From NCBI RefSeq assembly GCF_009914755.1, contig NC_060929.1: a DNA stretch of 64,000 nucleotides. One strand, 5' to 3'. Positions within the stretch are counted from its first letter, which is position 1. The number at the start of each line of letters is the position of its first letter. This document shows positions 52,851-64,000 of this stretch, one piece after another. A program made the translations under genes and the position numbers. The DNA comes from the human T2T-CHM13v2.0 reference genome, Homo sapiens. The notes under the pieces are model-generated. The model searched no databases. It had not been told where the DNA came from and was given only the letters and a program-made list of their open reading frames with translations.

Positions 52851-52956
52851 GTAGAAAGCAATTGTAAACATCATAAAATTGGGTAATACAGAATAGAAAA
52901 CATTTCACAGGAAACCGACGATTCTAATGACAGTGTCATAGTTCAAGAGAAAAAGG

Positions 52957-53249
52957 TGCCAGGAGCGGTGCCTCACGCCTGTAATCCCAGAACTTTGGGA
53001 GGCTAAGGTGGGCAGATCACGAGGTCAAGAGATGGAGACCATCCTGGCCAGCATGGTGAAACCCCATCTCTACTAAAAATACAAAAATTACCTGGGTGTA
53101 GTGGCACACCCCTGTAATCCCAGCTACTCAGGAGACTGAGACAGGAGAATCGCTTGAAACTTGGAGGCAGAGGTTGCAGTGAGCCGAGATGGTGCCACTG
53201 CCCTCCAGCCTGGTGACAGAGCGAGACTCCCTCTCAAAAAAAAAAAAAA
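52957..53249 (+). mobile_element. Alu SINE, AluSc-like
   Basis: GATCACGAGGTCAAGAGATGGAGACCATCCTGGCC and CCAGCCTGGTGACAG; TSD AAGAGAAAAAG. Confidence 0.93.
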
Positions 53250-53411
53250 GAGAAAAAGAAATAGACTCCAACTCTGGTTTGGAGGAGTGGCAAATAATTG
53301 GGGGCCATCTTTAATTCTTTAATTTGCTACAGAATGCTCTCTGGTTAAAAATTAATTAGGTAATTTCCATTTGCAAAATATGCCCTGGACCTTCAAACTT
53401 TTATCCAACCA

Positions 53412-53556
53412 TGGCACAACCTCAGGCTCTCAGTGCAAAATCTCATTATCTAAACTAAGCCTTTGTGTGTGAAACTTTGGCACAAGCTCAGGCTCTCAGT
53501 GCAAAATCTCATCTAAACTAAGTCTGTGTGTGAAACTTTGGATACAGAACCTCAGG
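53412..53556. repeat. Tandem duplication: 66 + 61 bp units plus a partial third
   Basis: TGGCACAA(C/G)CTCAGGCTCTCAGTGCAAAATCTCAT..CTAAACTAAG..TGTGTGTGAAACTT repeated. Confidence 0.92.
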
Positions 53557-53624
53557 GGCAGAAATCTGTGACTTAAAAAAAGTCATGTGAAATAATCACA
53601 CACCCAATATACAATGTGAGAGAG

Positions 53625-54094
53625 TGTATGAGTTTTCTGTAGCTGCTGTTACAAATTCCACAAGCTTGGTGGCTTAACACAACATAAATTCCTTCATCAA
53701 TAGCTGTGGAAACTAGAAGCCTGAATTAAGGCAAGGCTATGCTCCCTCTGAAGGTTCTAGGGGAGAATTTGTTTCTTGTATCTTCAAGCTTTTGGTGGCT
53801 TTCAACATTCCTTGGCTTGGCTTGCATCTCCTGTTTCTTACTTTGCATTTCTTTTCCCTGCATGTGTCTGTCTCTCATCTTAATCTGCCTCCTGTTTGTA
53901 GGACATATGTGATGGCATTTACAACACACCTAGACAATATAACGGAAGTTTCTCCTTTCAAAAGTCTTAACTTAATCATGTCATTTGCTGTAAATAACAA
54001 ATACTACCTTTTTGTTATGAGAAATAATATTCACAGTATTTGGAAATTAAGATGGGGATATATCTTTTCGGAAGCCACCATTAAGGCCAGTAGA
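53625..54094 (-). mobile_element. MLT1C/D-like MaLR LTR
   Basis: TGTATGAGTTTTCTGTAGCTGCTGTTACAAATT..GCTCCCTCTGAAGGTTCTAGGGGAGAAT..CTTAACTTAATCA. Confidence 0.82.
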
Positions 54095-55095
54095 GATAGA
54101 AAACAACATCTGTAGCAGACATTCTTCCTTTTTTTTTTTTCTTTAAGAAAATGAATCAGAAAGCATAGAGCAGGCATTGTTTCACAGCAATTTTGAAACT
54201 GAGTCAGGCACATGTTGCCAATTCTCCTTTCTCTGAGGGAAGGTAACGTTTGGGCCAAGTTCTCATCCTCAGGAATTCCTCTTTTAGGTATTTTGCTCCA
54301 ATGGCTGGGGACTTAGCTATGTGTTATTGTCTATTTTTTTTTCAACAAAGAAAAGGCTTACACTTCAACTGAGAAGTTTTCTCAGTTTATTTCCTATGTT
54401 TCACTGGCCCAATGACATCTTTATATTTTAAAGTGTCACTGTCCCTTTGAATCTAAACTAGCAGTTCTTCTGTTTATGTAATTCTCCTGAAAATGCTATA
54501 CGTTTTTTAATCTATGAAACTTATCGGCATTATGTCCTTTAACAAAAGCCATAACAATAACCCTTTTTGCGATAGGCCACTGTCTACTTTGGGCTATGTG
54601 TCAGGGTACAGAATTACATGCCATTTAGATACTTGGAGTCCTTTTGAATAGTTAAGTAAATTTATAATTCAATTCCTTTGTTGTTGATTTTTTAAATTAA
54701 AATGCTTATTAAAGGGTCTTCAGTCTATACTGTTGAGTTTACCTTGATGTTTTAGGGTCAGTCAGTGCCTTTGATTAGACATCTTCTGACGCCCAGGCCT
54801 TTCCTTACACTGAGAATTCTTTTTCTTCCTCTGCTAAAGAAGCTGATAATGAGAAATAGTTTTGCTTTCCAATCCCACAAAAGTACTCATTTAGATATGT
54901 TATCACCTTCCATATCAAATAGTGTTGCAAAACATTCTTCCATATATAATATGGCCCACCTTATTTTCAACCCCAATAACAATATTCTTATTGTCTTTCC
55001 AACATTCGATGCCAGTTTTTTTTTTTTTACAGTCAATGCAAGGTAAAATATCTTAGATTTTTATACAGTAACACCCTAACTCTAGCACTATTAAC

Positions 55096-55620
55096 TGTAT
55101 TTGATAGGATTCGTCCAAGGAAGTAGAGCCAGTATGAATATTATGGAATAAGGAATTCATAATATAAAATCTCACAAACTATATCAGAAGCTAGGAAAGT
55201 AGAAGAATCCAAAGTTGAAAAATTAGACGAAAATTTGGTAACAAGACTCGAGGAATATGGGCATAGGTAGGTAAGTTAGTAAGTAATGGAGAATCTAGGA
55301 CACCTGCAACTGGAGTGGGGCTATGAAGAAGATGTTGTAGAATAGCCTATGGAAATAATGTTGCGTCTATACATTTCTATGGCCATAGTCAGGTGTTCAA
55401 TGGTGAGCTTGGGGCCTCTATGCTCAGCAGGGATGGCAGTTAGGAGGAATATCTGGCTGTCAACAGGACAGCAGGGCAACCTGAAAACTTCCTGTATGTC
55501 ACTGCATCAAATAATAGTGATCTTCAGGAAATAATGACTGCTGCTTTAACTCTACCTTCTACATATCACAAAAAAATTAGTTTTTCAGCCAATTGTAATC
55601 CAAACAAAGCCACAGGATTA
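55096..55620 (-). mobile_element. LTR78-like ancient LTR
   Basis: CAAGGAAGTAGAGCCAGTATGA..TGGAATAAGG..GGAGTGGGG..CTTCAGGAAATAATGACTGCTGCTT. Confidence 0.5.
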
Positions 55621-55641
55621 CAATAAATTTCAAGTTTAATA

Positions 55642-56245
55642 TGTCAGAAATTAACACAGCTAGACATTAGCTAAAGCGGTGAGAACAGATTTTATTCAGT
55701 AACTACTGACAGTAGGGAAAGAGCTGAGCTGCATCTCAATTTTGCAGAGGGGACTGGACATTTTAAAATAAAACTGATAGAAGGGAGATAGCAGAGGTCC
55801 AGTAGATTCAAAGAAGTGAAAAATTACAAAGGATTGGTCAATGTGAATGTGGTGGGGCCAGCTGTGTCTACTAGCTGACAGTTATCAAGTGAGAATTCTA
55901 GCTTCCCACAGAGACTGGAAGATAGAGGCCCTGTCTTCCCAATGATTATATTTAAAAAAAAAATGACTCTTGGACCTTTGAGAGACATACTTCTGAGTTG
56001 TAAAAAATACACATTTACAATGGCAAGATGTTTTAAGTAAATGCTCCAAGAAAGGGAGGCCATTTGTCAGGTATCACCTACAACAAATAAATAGTAAGTT
56101 CCCTGGCAGTGTAGATCTTTCTTAGGCGGATATTTTAATGGAATGCTAGGGCCATCGAGGAACATGGCCTTATGCTGCTAGAAGCCATGCTAGGGTTTGA
56201 TCAAGTCTCTTGGTGTCGGGATTTGGACAGCGTTGTTGTGTTCTT
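55642..56245 (-). mobile_element. MER67-like ERV1 LTR
   Basis: TGTCAGAAATTAACAC..CAGATTTTATTCAGTAACTA..TAGGGAAAGAGCTGAGCT..GCTAGGGTTTGATCAAGTCTCTT. Confidence 0.6.
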
Positions 56246-56284
56246 AGACAAAGCTGATCCAGTAGGAACTGGGGCTGTCAATTT

Positions 56285-56660
56285 AGGAAGGCCATTGCAT
56301 AGATAAATCAATTGTATTTCTATAGGCCAATCACAGTTGGAAAGTTAAACTTTAGGAAATTATAAAATTTAAAATAACATCCAAGCATGTCAGATATCTT
56401 GGGGGAATATCCAGAATAAAAGATATCTTTAAATCTTTAAGAGAAAACAAGAAAATGTTATTGGATGAATTTAGGACAAACTAAACCAATGGTAGGATGT
56501 ACCATGTTCATGTAGTTAAAGACTCAATTTTGTAAGACATCAGTTCTTCCCAACTTGATCTATGGCTTCACCTTTTTCTGAGTAAAATTTCAGTAAGCAT
56601 TTGTTTTTGTAATTTTTCAAATGATTCTGAAACATCTATGACTATAAGAATACAGAGTAA
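56285..56660 (+). mobile_element. Old L1M ORF2 fragment
   Basis: AAATCAATTGTATTTCTATA..TACCATGTTCATG..AAGACTCAATTTTGTAAGAC..TTGATCTAT. Confidence 0.6.
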
Positions 56661-56777
56661 TAGAAAACTAAAGAAAGTGTCTTTATTTAAATTCTTAGAG
56701 ACAGGTAAACTTTGGAATTTGCTAAATACAAATTAAGTGTATTGAATTTCATTCTGAGTACTTAAAACTCTTAACTT

Positions 56778-57093
56778 GGGATGTGAGTAGTGGCTCATGC
56801 CTGGAATTGCAGCACTTTGGGAGGCTGAGAAGGATGGATCACCTGAGGTCAGGAGTTCAAAGCCAGCCTGACCAACATGGTGAAACCCCATCTCTACTAA
56901 AAATACCAAAATTAGCCTGGTGTGGTGGCACATGCCTGTAATCCCAGCTACTCAGCTCAGGAGGCTGAGGTGGAAGAATTGCTTGAACCGGGGAGGCAGA
57001 GTTTGCAGTGAGCTGAGATCACGTCATTGCACTCCAGCCTGGGTGACACAGTGAGACTGTGTTTCAAAAAAAAACAAACAACAACAACACAAA
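56778..57093 (+). mobile_element. Alu SINE, AluSx/Sq-like
   Basis: GATCACCTGAGGTCAGGAGTTC..CCTGACCAACATGG; TSD AAAACTCTTAACTT/AAAACTCTTATCTT. Confidence 0.93.
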
Positions 57094-58110
57094 AAAACTC
57101 TTATCTTTATGTCACTGAATTAAAGTGCCTATATGTATGTATATTTCCTTAGATATTCAGTTGTCAAAAAATACATTTTGCTGTGAAAATGTGTGATTTC
57201 ACTAGAGTCTTACATTCCCATTTTACATGAGTGAGAAATAATTCATTCAACAATTCCATTCGATAGCTGTTTAAAAAGTGATATAAATGTGAATGTAAAA
57301 GGAGCTCTACATTTGATTTTTGTTTCAATATTTATACTGAAACTGAGCTATCAAAAGATCATGTGTAATCACAAGACTGTGCAGTTGCCTCTTAGTGCAG
57401 ACTGAATAAACATTAAATAACCTGTAATACAAATTTAAAGCATATATTTATCCCTTGTTTTCTCATTGTTAAATTAAAATTGATGAGAAATAGGTTTTAT
57501 AGAAAACAATTTTTTTTTACTTATCATGGGATAAGAACTTGAATGTAAGCCATCACATCAAGAAGCTACTTTCTCCATATAGTCATAAAAGCCTAATATC
57601 AGAAATCCACCAAGCACAGCTCCTGAAGGAAGGGTGGGAGTAGGAGAAAGACACAGAAGATTAACAAAACTTACATATTGAAAAAATAAAAACAAGTCAA
57701 AAGGGAAACTTGTTAAGAATTGTTTTTAATATTCCATTAATAAAGATAACTAGAATATCAAGTGTTCCTTATGTTGATATACTGCCATAGGTGTATGTAC
57801 TCTTATATTCTCTAGTTCACATATTTATTTTTACATTATTGGTCTCCACTGAGAATGATACTCAGCCCATCCCTCCACAGGAGACACTGGACAGCATCTA
57901 GAGACCTCCTCTCACTGTCTTACTCCCATCCCCGGATGTCCTCGACATGTTTCAAATTACCCACAGTGCTATGAGAATTCATGATGCTTCATTTAGGAAA
58001 GAACATATCATTCCTGGACCTAGGGAAAGTTAGTTTTTCGTTATGAAGATGGATATGTTGCAACTCTGAAAAATTCCTTATTAGGATTTTTAAAAATAAT
58101 ATTTTTTATT

Positions 58111-59060
58111 TACAATCTATATACCCAACAAAGGTCTAATATACAGAATCTGTAAGAAACTTAAACAATTCAATAAGCAAATAATAATAATAATAATAAA
58201 ATAACCCCATTATAAAGTGAGCAAAAAACATGAGCAGATACTTCTCAAAGGGGACATGTAAGCAGCCTACAAATACATGAAGAATTGCTCAGCATCGCTA
58301 ATCATCAGAAAAATGCAAATCAAAACCATGATGAGATACCATTTCACACCAATCAGAATGGCTATTATTAAAAAGTCAAAAAACAACAGATGTTGGTGAG
58401 GCTGTGGCGAAAAGGGAACATTTATACACGGTTGGTGGGAATGTAAATTCATTTGGTCACTGTGGAAAGCAGTTTGGAGATTTCTCAAAGAATTAAAAAC
58501 AGAACTACCATTCAGCCCAGCAATCCTATTACTGGGTATATAGCCAAAAGAAACCAAATTATTCTACCAGAAAGACACATGCACTCACATGTTCATGGCA
58601 GCCCTATTCACAATACCAAAGACATGGAATCGACCTAGGTGCCCACAATGGTGGTTTGGACAAAGAAAATATGGTGCATATACACCATGAAATACTATCC
58701 AGCCACACACACACACACAATAAAATTATGTCTTTTGTAGAAATATGGATCCAGATGGAGGCCATTATGCTATGCAAATTAATGCAGAATGGAAAACCAA
58801 ATACTGCATGTTCTCACTTATAAGTGGGGCCTAAATATTGGGTACTCACTGACGTAAAGATGGAAACAATGGACACTGAGGACCACTAGAGAGGGGAGCG
58901 AGAAAGCGGGGAAAGAGTTGAAAAACTAACTTTTGGGTACTGTGTTTCGTACCTAGGTGATAGGATCAATCGTACCCCAAACCTCAGCATTACACAATAT
59001 AGCCATTTAACAAAACTGCCCATGTATCCCCTGAATATAAAGTAAAAATGATGAAATTAA
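58111..59060 (+). mobile_element. 5'-truncated L1PA16-like LINE-1 3' end
   Basis: ORF2 C-terminal remnant plus 3'UTR GGTTGAAAAACTAAC-like..CGTACCCCAAACCTCAGCAT; TSD-like AATAATATTTTTTATT / AATAATACTTTTTTTATT. Confidence 0.92.
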
Positions 59061-59469
59061 AACAATAATACTTTTTTTATTGTTTTCTCAGTTCCCCTCC
59101 TGATATTTCTACATATAAGGCATTACACACTTAAATAATTAATTTGAGTCATTTCTTACTTTATTCTCTCCAAATTTTATATCTTTAGAAACAAAAACCT
59201 TGATTATTACTCATGAATGTAACTTACCAAGTATTCACTAAGGGGCCAAGGGAGATATCAATAAAACTATAAAACTTCCTTATTGCAGCTATAGGGAACA
59301 CAGATAATAAACAAATGTGCTATAGATAAATAAATAAAAACACACATATACAAAACTATCTGTTATATAATGCACACACATATATTTTGTTTTTGTCATG
59401 CTAAATATGTGATTTTTAGTAGACATCAAGGTGGGGAGACCTAGCAAGCAGTTTGAAATAAAGTGCTGG

Positions 59470-59680
59470 GGCTGGGAACGGTGGTTCACTCCTGTAATCC
59501 CAGCACTTTGGGAGGCCGAGGCGGGCAGATCACGAGGTCAGGAGATCGAGACCGTCCTGGCTAACACGGCGAAACCTCGTCTCTACTAAAAATACAAAAA
59601 AAAATTAGCCGGGCAAGGTGGCGGGCGCTTGTAGTCCCAGCTACTTGGGAGGCTGAGGCAGGAGAATGGCCTGAACACAG

Positions 59681-59683
<3 letters not shown>
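59470..59683 (+). mobile_element. AluY lacking the 3' part of its right arm, within an L2 fragment
   Basis: GAGATCGAGACCGTCCTGGCTAACACGG; stops at GAACACAGGAGG and runs into (GA)n. Confidence 0.9.
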
Positions 59684-59719
<36 letters not shown>

Positions 59720-59862
59720 GGATAAAATAACATTAGAGATATTGATTAATGAGTCAATATTTTAAAATACATAGTGAAAGGAAGGAAGGAAGGAAGGGCT
59801 GGATAAAATAACATTAGAGATATTGATTAATGAGGCAATATTTTAAAATACATAGTTAAAAG
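59684..59862. repeat. (GA)n followed by a ~60-bp direct duplication separated by (GGAA)n
   Basis: GCTGGATAAAATAACATTAGAGATATTGATTAATGAG(T/G)CAATATTTTAAAATACATAGT at 59717 and 59798. Confidence 0.93.
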
Positions 59863-60126
59863 CACTGGTTGTTTCGAGGAAGACTAAGGTAAAAGGTACC
59901 GGGACAAAGACAACACAAGGAAGCTAAGGAAATAAAATAGGGAAAATAAGTGAATTAAAAGAAGAATTGGGAAAGTAATATTGTGGAAATTAACATTATA
60001 TTTTAAGAAATCAATATTCCTTTATTCCTTTTTTTTCAGGAAAAGTAGAACCAAAGAGTCAATTTCAACTACTTTTTTTGTTAAAAGATTACATATGTGT
60101 CTCTAGATATACAATCTGTGAATGAA

Positions 60127-60178
60127 TAAATGCATATCTAAATGCATATCTAAATGCATTTCTAAATGCCTATCTAAA
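60127..60178. repeat. 12-bp minisatellite (TAAATGCATATC) x4
   Basis: Directly visible; last two units carry one change each. Confidence 0.9.
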
Positions 60179-60289
60179 ATACCTCCAAGATCTAATACAG
60201 TCAGAGGCTTGAAGATATACCATTGTCTTTGTCAAAATAGTTTCAGTGGAACACTGAAAAGGGGAAGTAAGAGTGCAATTATTTGAAGA

Positions 60290-60612
60290 GTGACTGCAGA
60301 GTTAGAGAATGGGGAAAGCGGGGAGATGTTGGTCAAAGGCTATAGAGTCTCATTTATGCGAGATGAATACGTTCTGGAGATCTGATGTACAGAACAGTGG
60401 CTACTAAAAATATTGTATTGTTTACTTAAAATCTGCTGATAATAAACCTCCCATCACATACACAGATAAAGTCACTATGTGAGGTGATACATATGTTAGC
60501 TTGATTGTGATGATTATTTCATGATGTTATGTTTACCAAAATATCAAATTCTACACTTAAATATATATACTTTTTATGTGTCAATTATACATCAATAAAG
60601 CTGAAGAAAAAA
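60290..60612 (+). mobile_element. L1MA10/L1MB-like 3' end
   Basis: GGGGAGATGTTGGTCAAAGG..GTTCTGGAGATCTGATGTACAG..CTATGTGAGGTGAT..TCAATAAAGCTG. Confidence 0.82.
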
Positions 60613-61438
60613 GTAGATGAAGATTATTATCGGTATTCTCAGAATGGAAATAGAAAACAAAGAATACATAGGAATAAGAGTAAAGGCAAATGTTCCTCAG
60701 AGCTTGGCTAATTGACTAGAACTGTGTTTTAAAATTTGATGTTAAAGGCTGCCAGTGAATCTTGCTTAGACTGCACATTCTTTGGGAAGTAGTCATTGAC
60801 ATTTCTGTTGTCCTTGACTTGGCTAGATCACTCTGATGTTTTTTCTCTACTTAACCCATTTCAGAGTTTATTACGGGGCTTTGTATTTTTTTCCTTTTCT
60901 TTGCCAGATCGCTTATGCTAAGGGCAGTGATGGTTTCCATCGTGGTCAGCATTGTATCCCCGGCGCCTAGCACAGCACACAAAACAGAGCATGTGAACAA
61001 TTATGCCTTTCTGCTTAGAGAACAATAATAGGCTTGAATTAAGAAAGAAGGACTTTGCTGGGAACATTTATACAATATTTGGGGACCTTTATGCTGAGGC
61101 AAAGGATGAAGGAGAGAACGAAGAATGCTAATAAAAAAGCCAATTAAATTATTCACCATATTCCTAAAGTAATTATGGAAAAAAGCAAAATTTGCTGTGA
61201 GCTCCTCAATGAGTGTAAATTTCAACTGGCTCAAAAACAAGCGAGAATACAGTGCAATTGAAAGACTTCTGACTGTAGTCAAAAGTGAGATATTAATGGC
61301 AATTCTGGAGTAAGTTCATGAGTTGGCCATGGAGAGTTCAGCTGAAGTTTATAGCAGTTTAACAAAATAGAGGCAAAGGAAATAAAAAACTATGCTTCAG
61401 GAGCAGCATATTTATCACATTAAAATTTCCATAAGACA

Positions 61439-61722
61439 CTTGTAATCCCAGCACTTTGGGAGGCTGAGGAGGCGGGTGGATCACGAGGTCAGGAGTTCAA
61501 GACCAGCCTGGCCTAGATGGTAAAGCCCCGTCTCTGCCAAAAATGCAAAAATTAGCCAGGTATGGTGGCGGGCGCCTCTAATCCCAGCTACTCATGAGGC
61601 TGAGGCAGAATTGCTTGAACCCAGGGGGCAGAGGTTATAGTGAGCCGAGATCATACCACTACACTCCAGCCTGGGCGACAGAGTAAGACTCCATCTCAAA
61701 AACAAAAACAAAACAAAACAAA
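61439..61722 (+). mobile_element. Alu SINE, AluSg-like, about 20 nt 5'-truncated
   Basis: Starts at CTTGTAATCCC; GATCACGAGGTCAGGAGTTC; (CAAAA)n tail; TSD-like AAAATTTCCATAAGA/AAAATTCCAATAAGA. Confidence 0.92.
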
Positions 61723-61985
61723 AAAATTCCAATAAGATAACAGGAGTTTTAAAGTTCCAGCCTTCTAGGTTCCTAAAGGTAAATATGCAGGTTTAAATTC
61801 TTCAGATGACATGATTAAAATCACTGGAAATACCTGTTTCATTTTCTTTAATATACACTTATTTTATGCATGTAATTATCTGTCCATTTTTTCATGATTT
61901 TTTCTATCAATTTATTTCAGCTTCTTTATTTTTCAAGACCCAGATAAAAGAATATTTTTCCTTTTTTTTTTTTTCTCCAATGCAA

Positions 61986-62591
61986 TGTGTAGTATTGCCA
62001 GAGATTAGGCCAACTATAAAGTTAGAAGAAACACAGTCTTCAACAACACCTGACTGCCTTCCCTTCTCACATCAATTGCAAATCCAAGAGACTTACTACA
62101 GGGACTCCAAGAACCCACTATAGGTTATCATATTCATGGTTATGATTTATTATAGGAAACAGATACAGATTAAAATCAGTCAAAGAATGAAGCTAAGAGG
62201 GCAGAGTCTGGGGAGAGCCAAATGCAGAGCTTTCATTGTCTTCTCCCTGTGGAGTCAGGAGGTGTTACTCTATCAATGTGTAGTAATACCCACAGAGTAC
62301 TGCCAAACAGAGAAGCTCACCTCAACTTCAGTAATTAGTTGTTCCCAAGTCTCTAATTGCTCACCTGGTTGACCTAATTCAAATGATGCTGTATGGATCA
62401 AAGCCCCGCCGTTTATTACACTGTTGGTCATTTCTATCCTGATCACACCCCAGCCTAATCCAGTGTGGCCAGCAACCACCCCACACAAAGACACACCTGG
62501 CTGGCATTACATTCCAGGGAGATTCTGTTCCAAAAGGCAAGGGCAAAGACCAGATCTCTTTTTGTGCGAAGGTAAATTCCTTATGAGTACA
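61986..62591 (-). mobile_element. MER21-like LTR
   Basis: TCATGGTTATGATTTATTATAGGAAACAGATACAGATTAAAATCAG..GGGCAGAGTCTGGG..GGCAAAGACCAGATCTCT..GGTAAATTC. Confidence 0.75.
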
Positions 62592-64000
62592 TTTACCAAA
62601 GTTTATGTTTAGTTTATAATTTTAAGAATTTACATCAGATTTCTGTGATTGTAGACAGAATTGTTTGTAAAGTCATTTGTTCTATTATTCTGCTGAAATA
62701 TTAACAAATCCTCACTAGGAACATGGAAAAAGATCCAGTCCCAAAGGAGAAGGTGGTATTTGGACACAGTCCCACTTACATGCCAGCCCTAAGATTTGCT
62801 TTGGCCACTTCACTATCTTTGGCATATCAGAGAGTTAATTAAATTATATGCTTTTCTTATAGAATCATTTGTACAGCTCCTATGATTAATCTTCCACAGC
62901 CATTTTTTGTAGTAATTTAAAATTAGACTTTAATGTAGTTAGCTTATTTTTATTGTATGTGTTCTGTGGTATTAGAAAAATGCCACTCAATTTATTGAAA
63001 TTTAATTCAAATATTGTTATCATCCATAAATCTTACCTTTATTTAGTAAAGGCCTTGCCATCATGGGATGTTTTTCCATTAGAAACTTTGACAAATGCCT
63101 TGTAACCATAGAAATGATTTGTGAGACAGCAGGAGTAGCCAAAATAGATTAAATTAATGTGTTAGGTTTAGTGTTCACACAGCATGCTTTACTTTAATTG
63201 ATTACTCTGTGACCAAATTTAAATTACTAATATAAGTGCTGATAGAGGAAAATGAAATTTTAATAAAACACCCTTTGTATCATAGTAGCAGATTAATCTA
63301 AGTGAAAAAGCTATCATTTGTAATAAGCTTTTAAAGCTACTTTGATATCTTAAATAGAGGCAAGGTTAAAGAGCTTATAAATACAAAGAGCAGAATACGT
63401 TGAAATAATTTAACAAAAAGTCTCTGCAATTAACTTTGACTTATGCATTTACACTTTAAAACTAAGTAATATAATTAAATCAAGAAGTGGAAATAAATTT
63501 TTTTCTAGTCTTGAAATTGCAAAAGATTCATTTGTCAACAGGTTATTTAAAATAAAATGATATCAACAAATATCACAGAAGGAGTAAATGAAAACATAAT
63601 TAATGAACTTTATAACTGAGTCTCAGAGTCCATTGATTCTTACATGTATATAATCTTAGTATAAATAATTCATGGATAATGTACATTTAGTTATCAAATC
63701 ATCAATCATCCTCATCATCAAATAAAAGTTTTTGAAATATGGTTCAAATAAATAACATTGATAAATATTACCACATCATAACAATGACAAAAACAAAAAT
63801 ACCCATAATTATACAAATAAGAAAATGCCTCGTATGGCAATATTGATAGTAAAAGTGAAGTAACATTACAGGTAATAAAAGATATTTTATGCACTCATAA
63901 GTCATATCTCATCTAAATTCCAGATACTTTTATAATTATTAACTTCCTTCAATTTTTAACTTGAAGGTATGTTACAGAAAGTAATTCTCTGTATGCTATG

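Overview
AT-rich, CpG-depleted primate (human-like) non-coding DNA, either intergenic or deep intronic. I see no protein-coding gene, RNA gene, CpG island or prokaryotic-type system. The supplied ORFs are remnants of L1, Alu or ERV sequence, or chance ORFs. Much of the window is recognisable interspersed repeat: 7 Alus (Y and S types), about 8 L1 pieces, L2/MIR, DNA transposons (MER47, MER58, MER5, MER44 and MER119-like) and a dense set of LTR elements. The LTR elements include a complete THE1A-type element, a THE1D solo LTR, a HERV-L 3' end (integrase, dUTPase, MLT2A1 LTR), LTR1, LTR10 with three AP-1 sites, and MER41, MER34, MER31, MER67 and MER21-like LTRs. The most notable structures are: (1) fossil class-I/epsilon-like ERV PR-RT-RNaseH (27.2-24.5 kb) and IN-env-LTR (14.3-8.9 kb) fragments in collinear order on the minus strand, with several nested insertions; (2) an L1 that keeps its 5' end fused to the end of ORF1 but lacks its 3' end; (3) a G4-forming insert inside THE1-int; (4) a 3'-truncated AluY running into microsatellites and a recent duplication. 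Subfamily names come from my recall of consensus sequences, not from a database run, and the boundaries of old repeats are approximate. I did not find a convincing new biological system.
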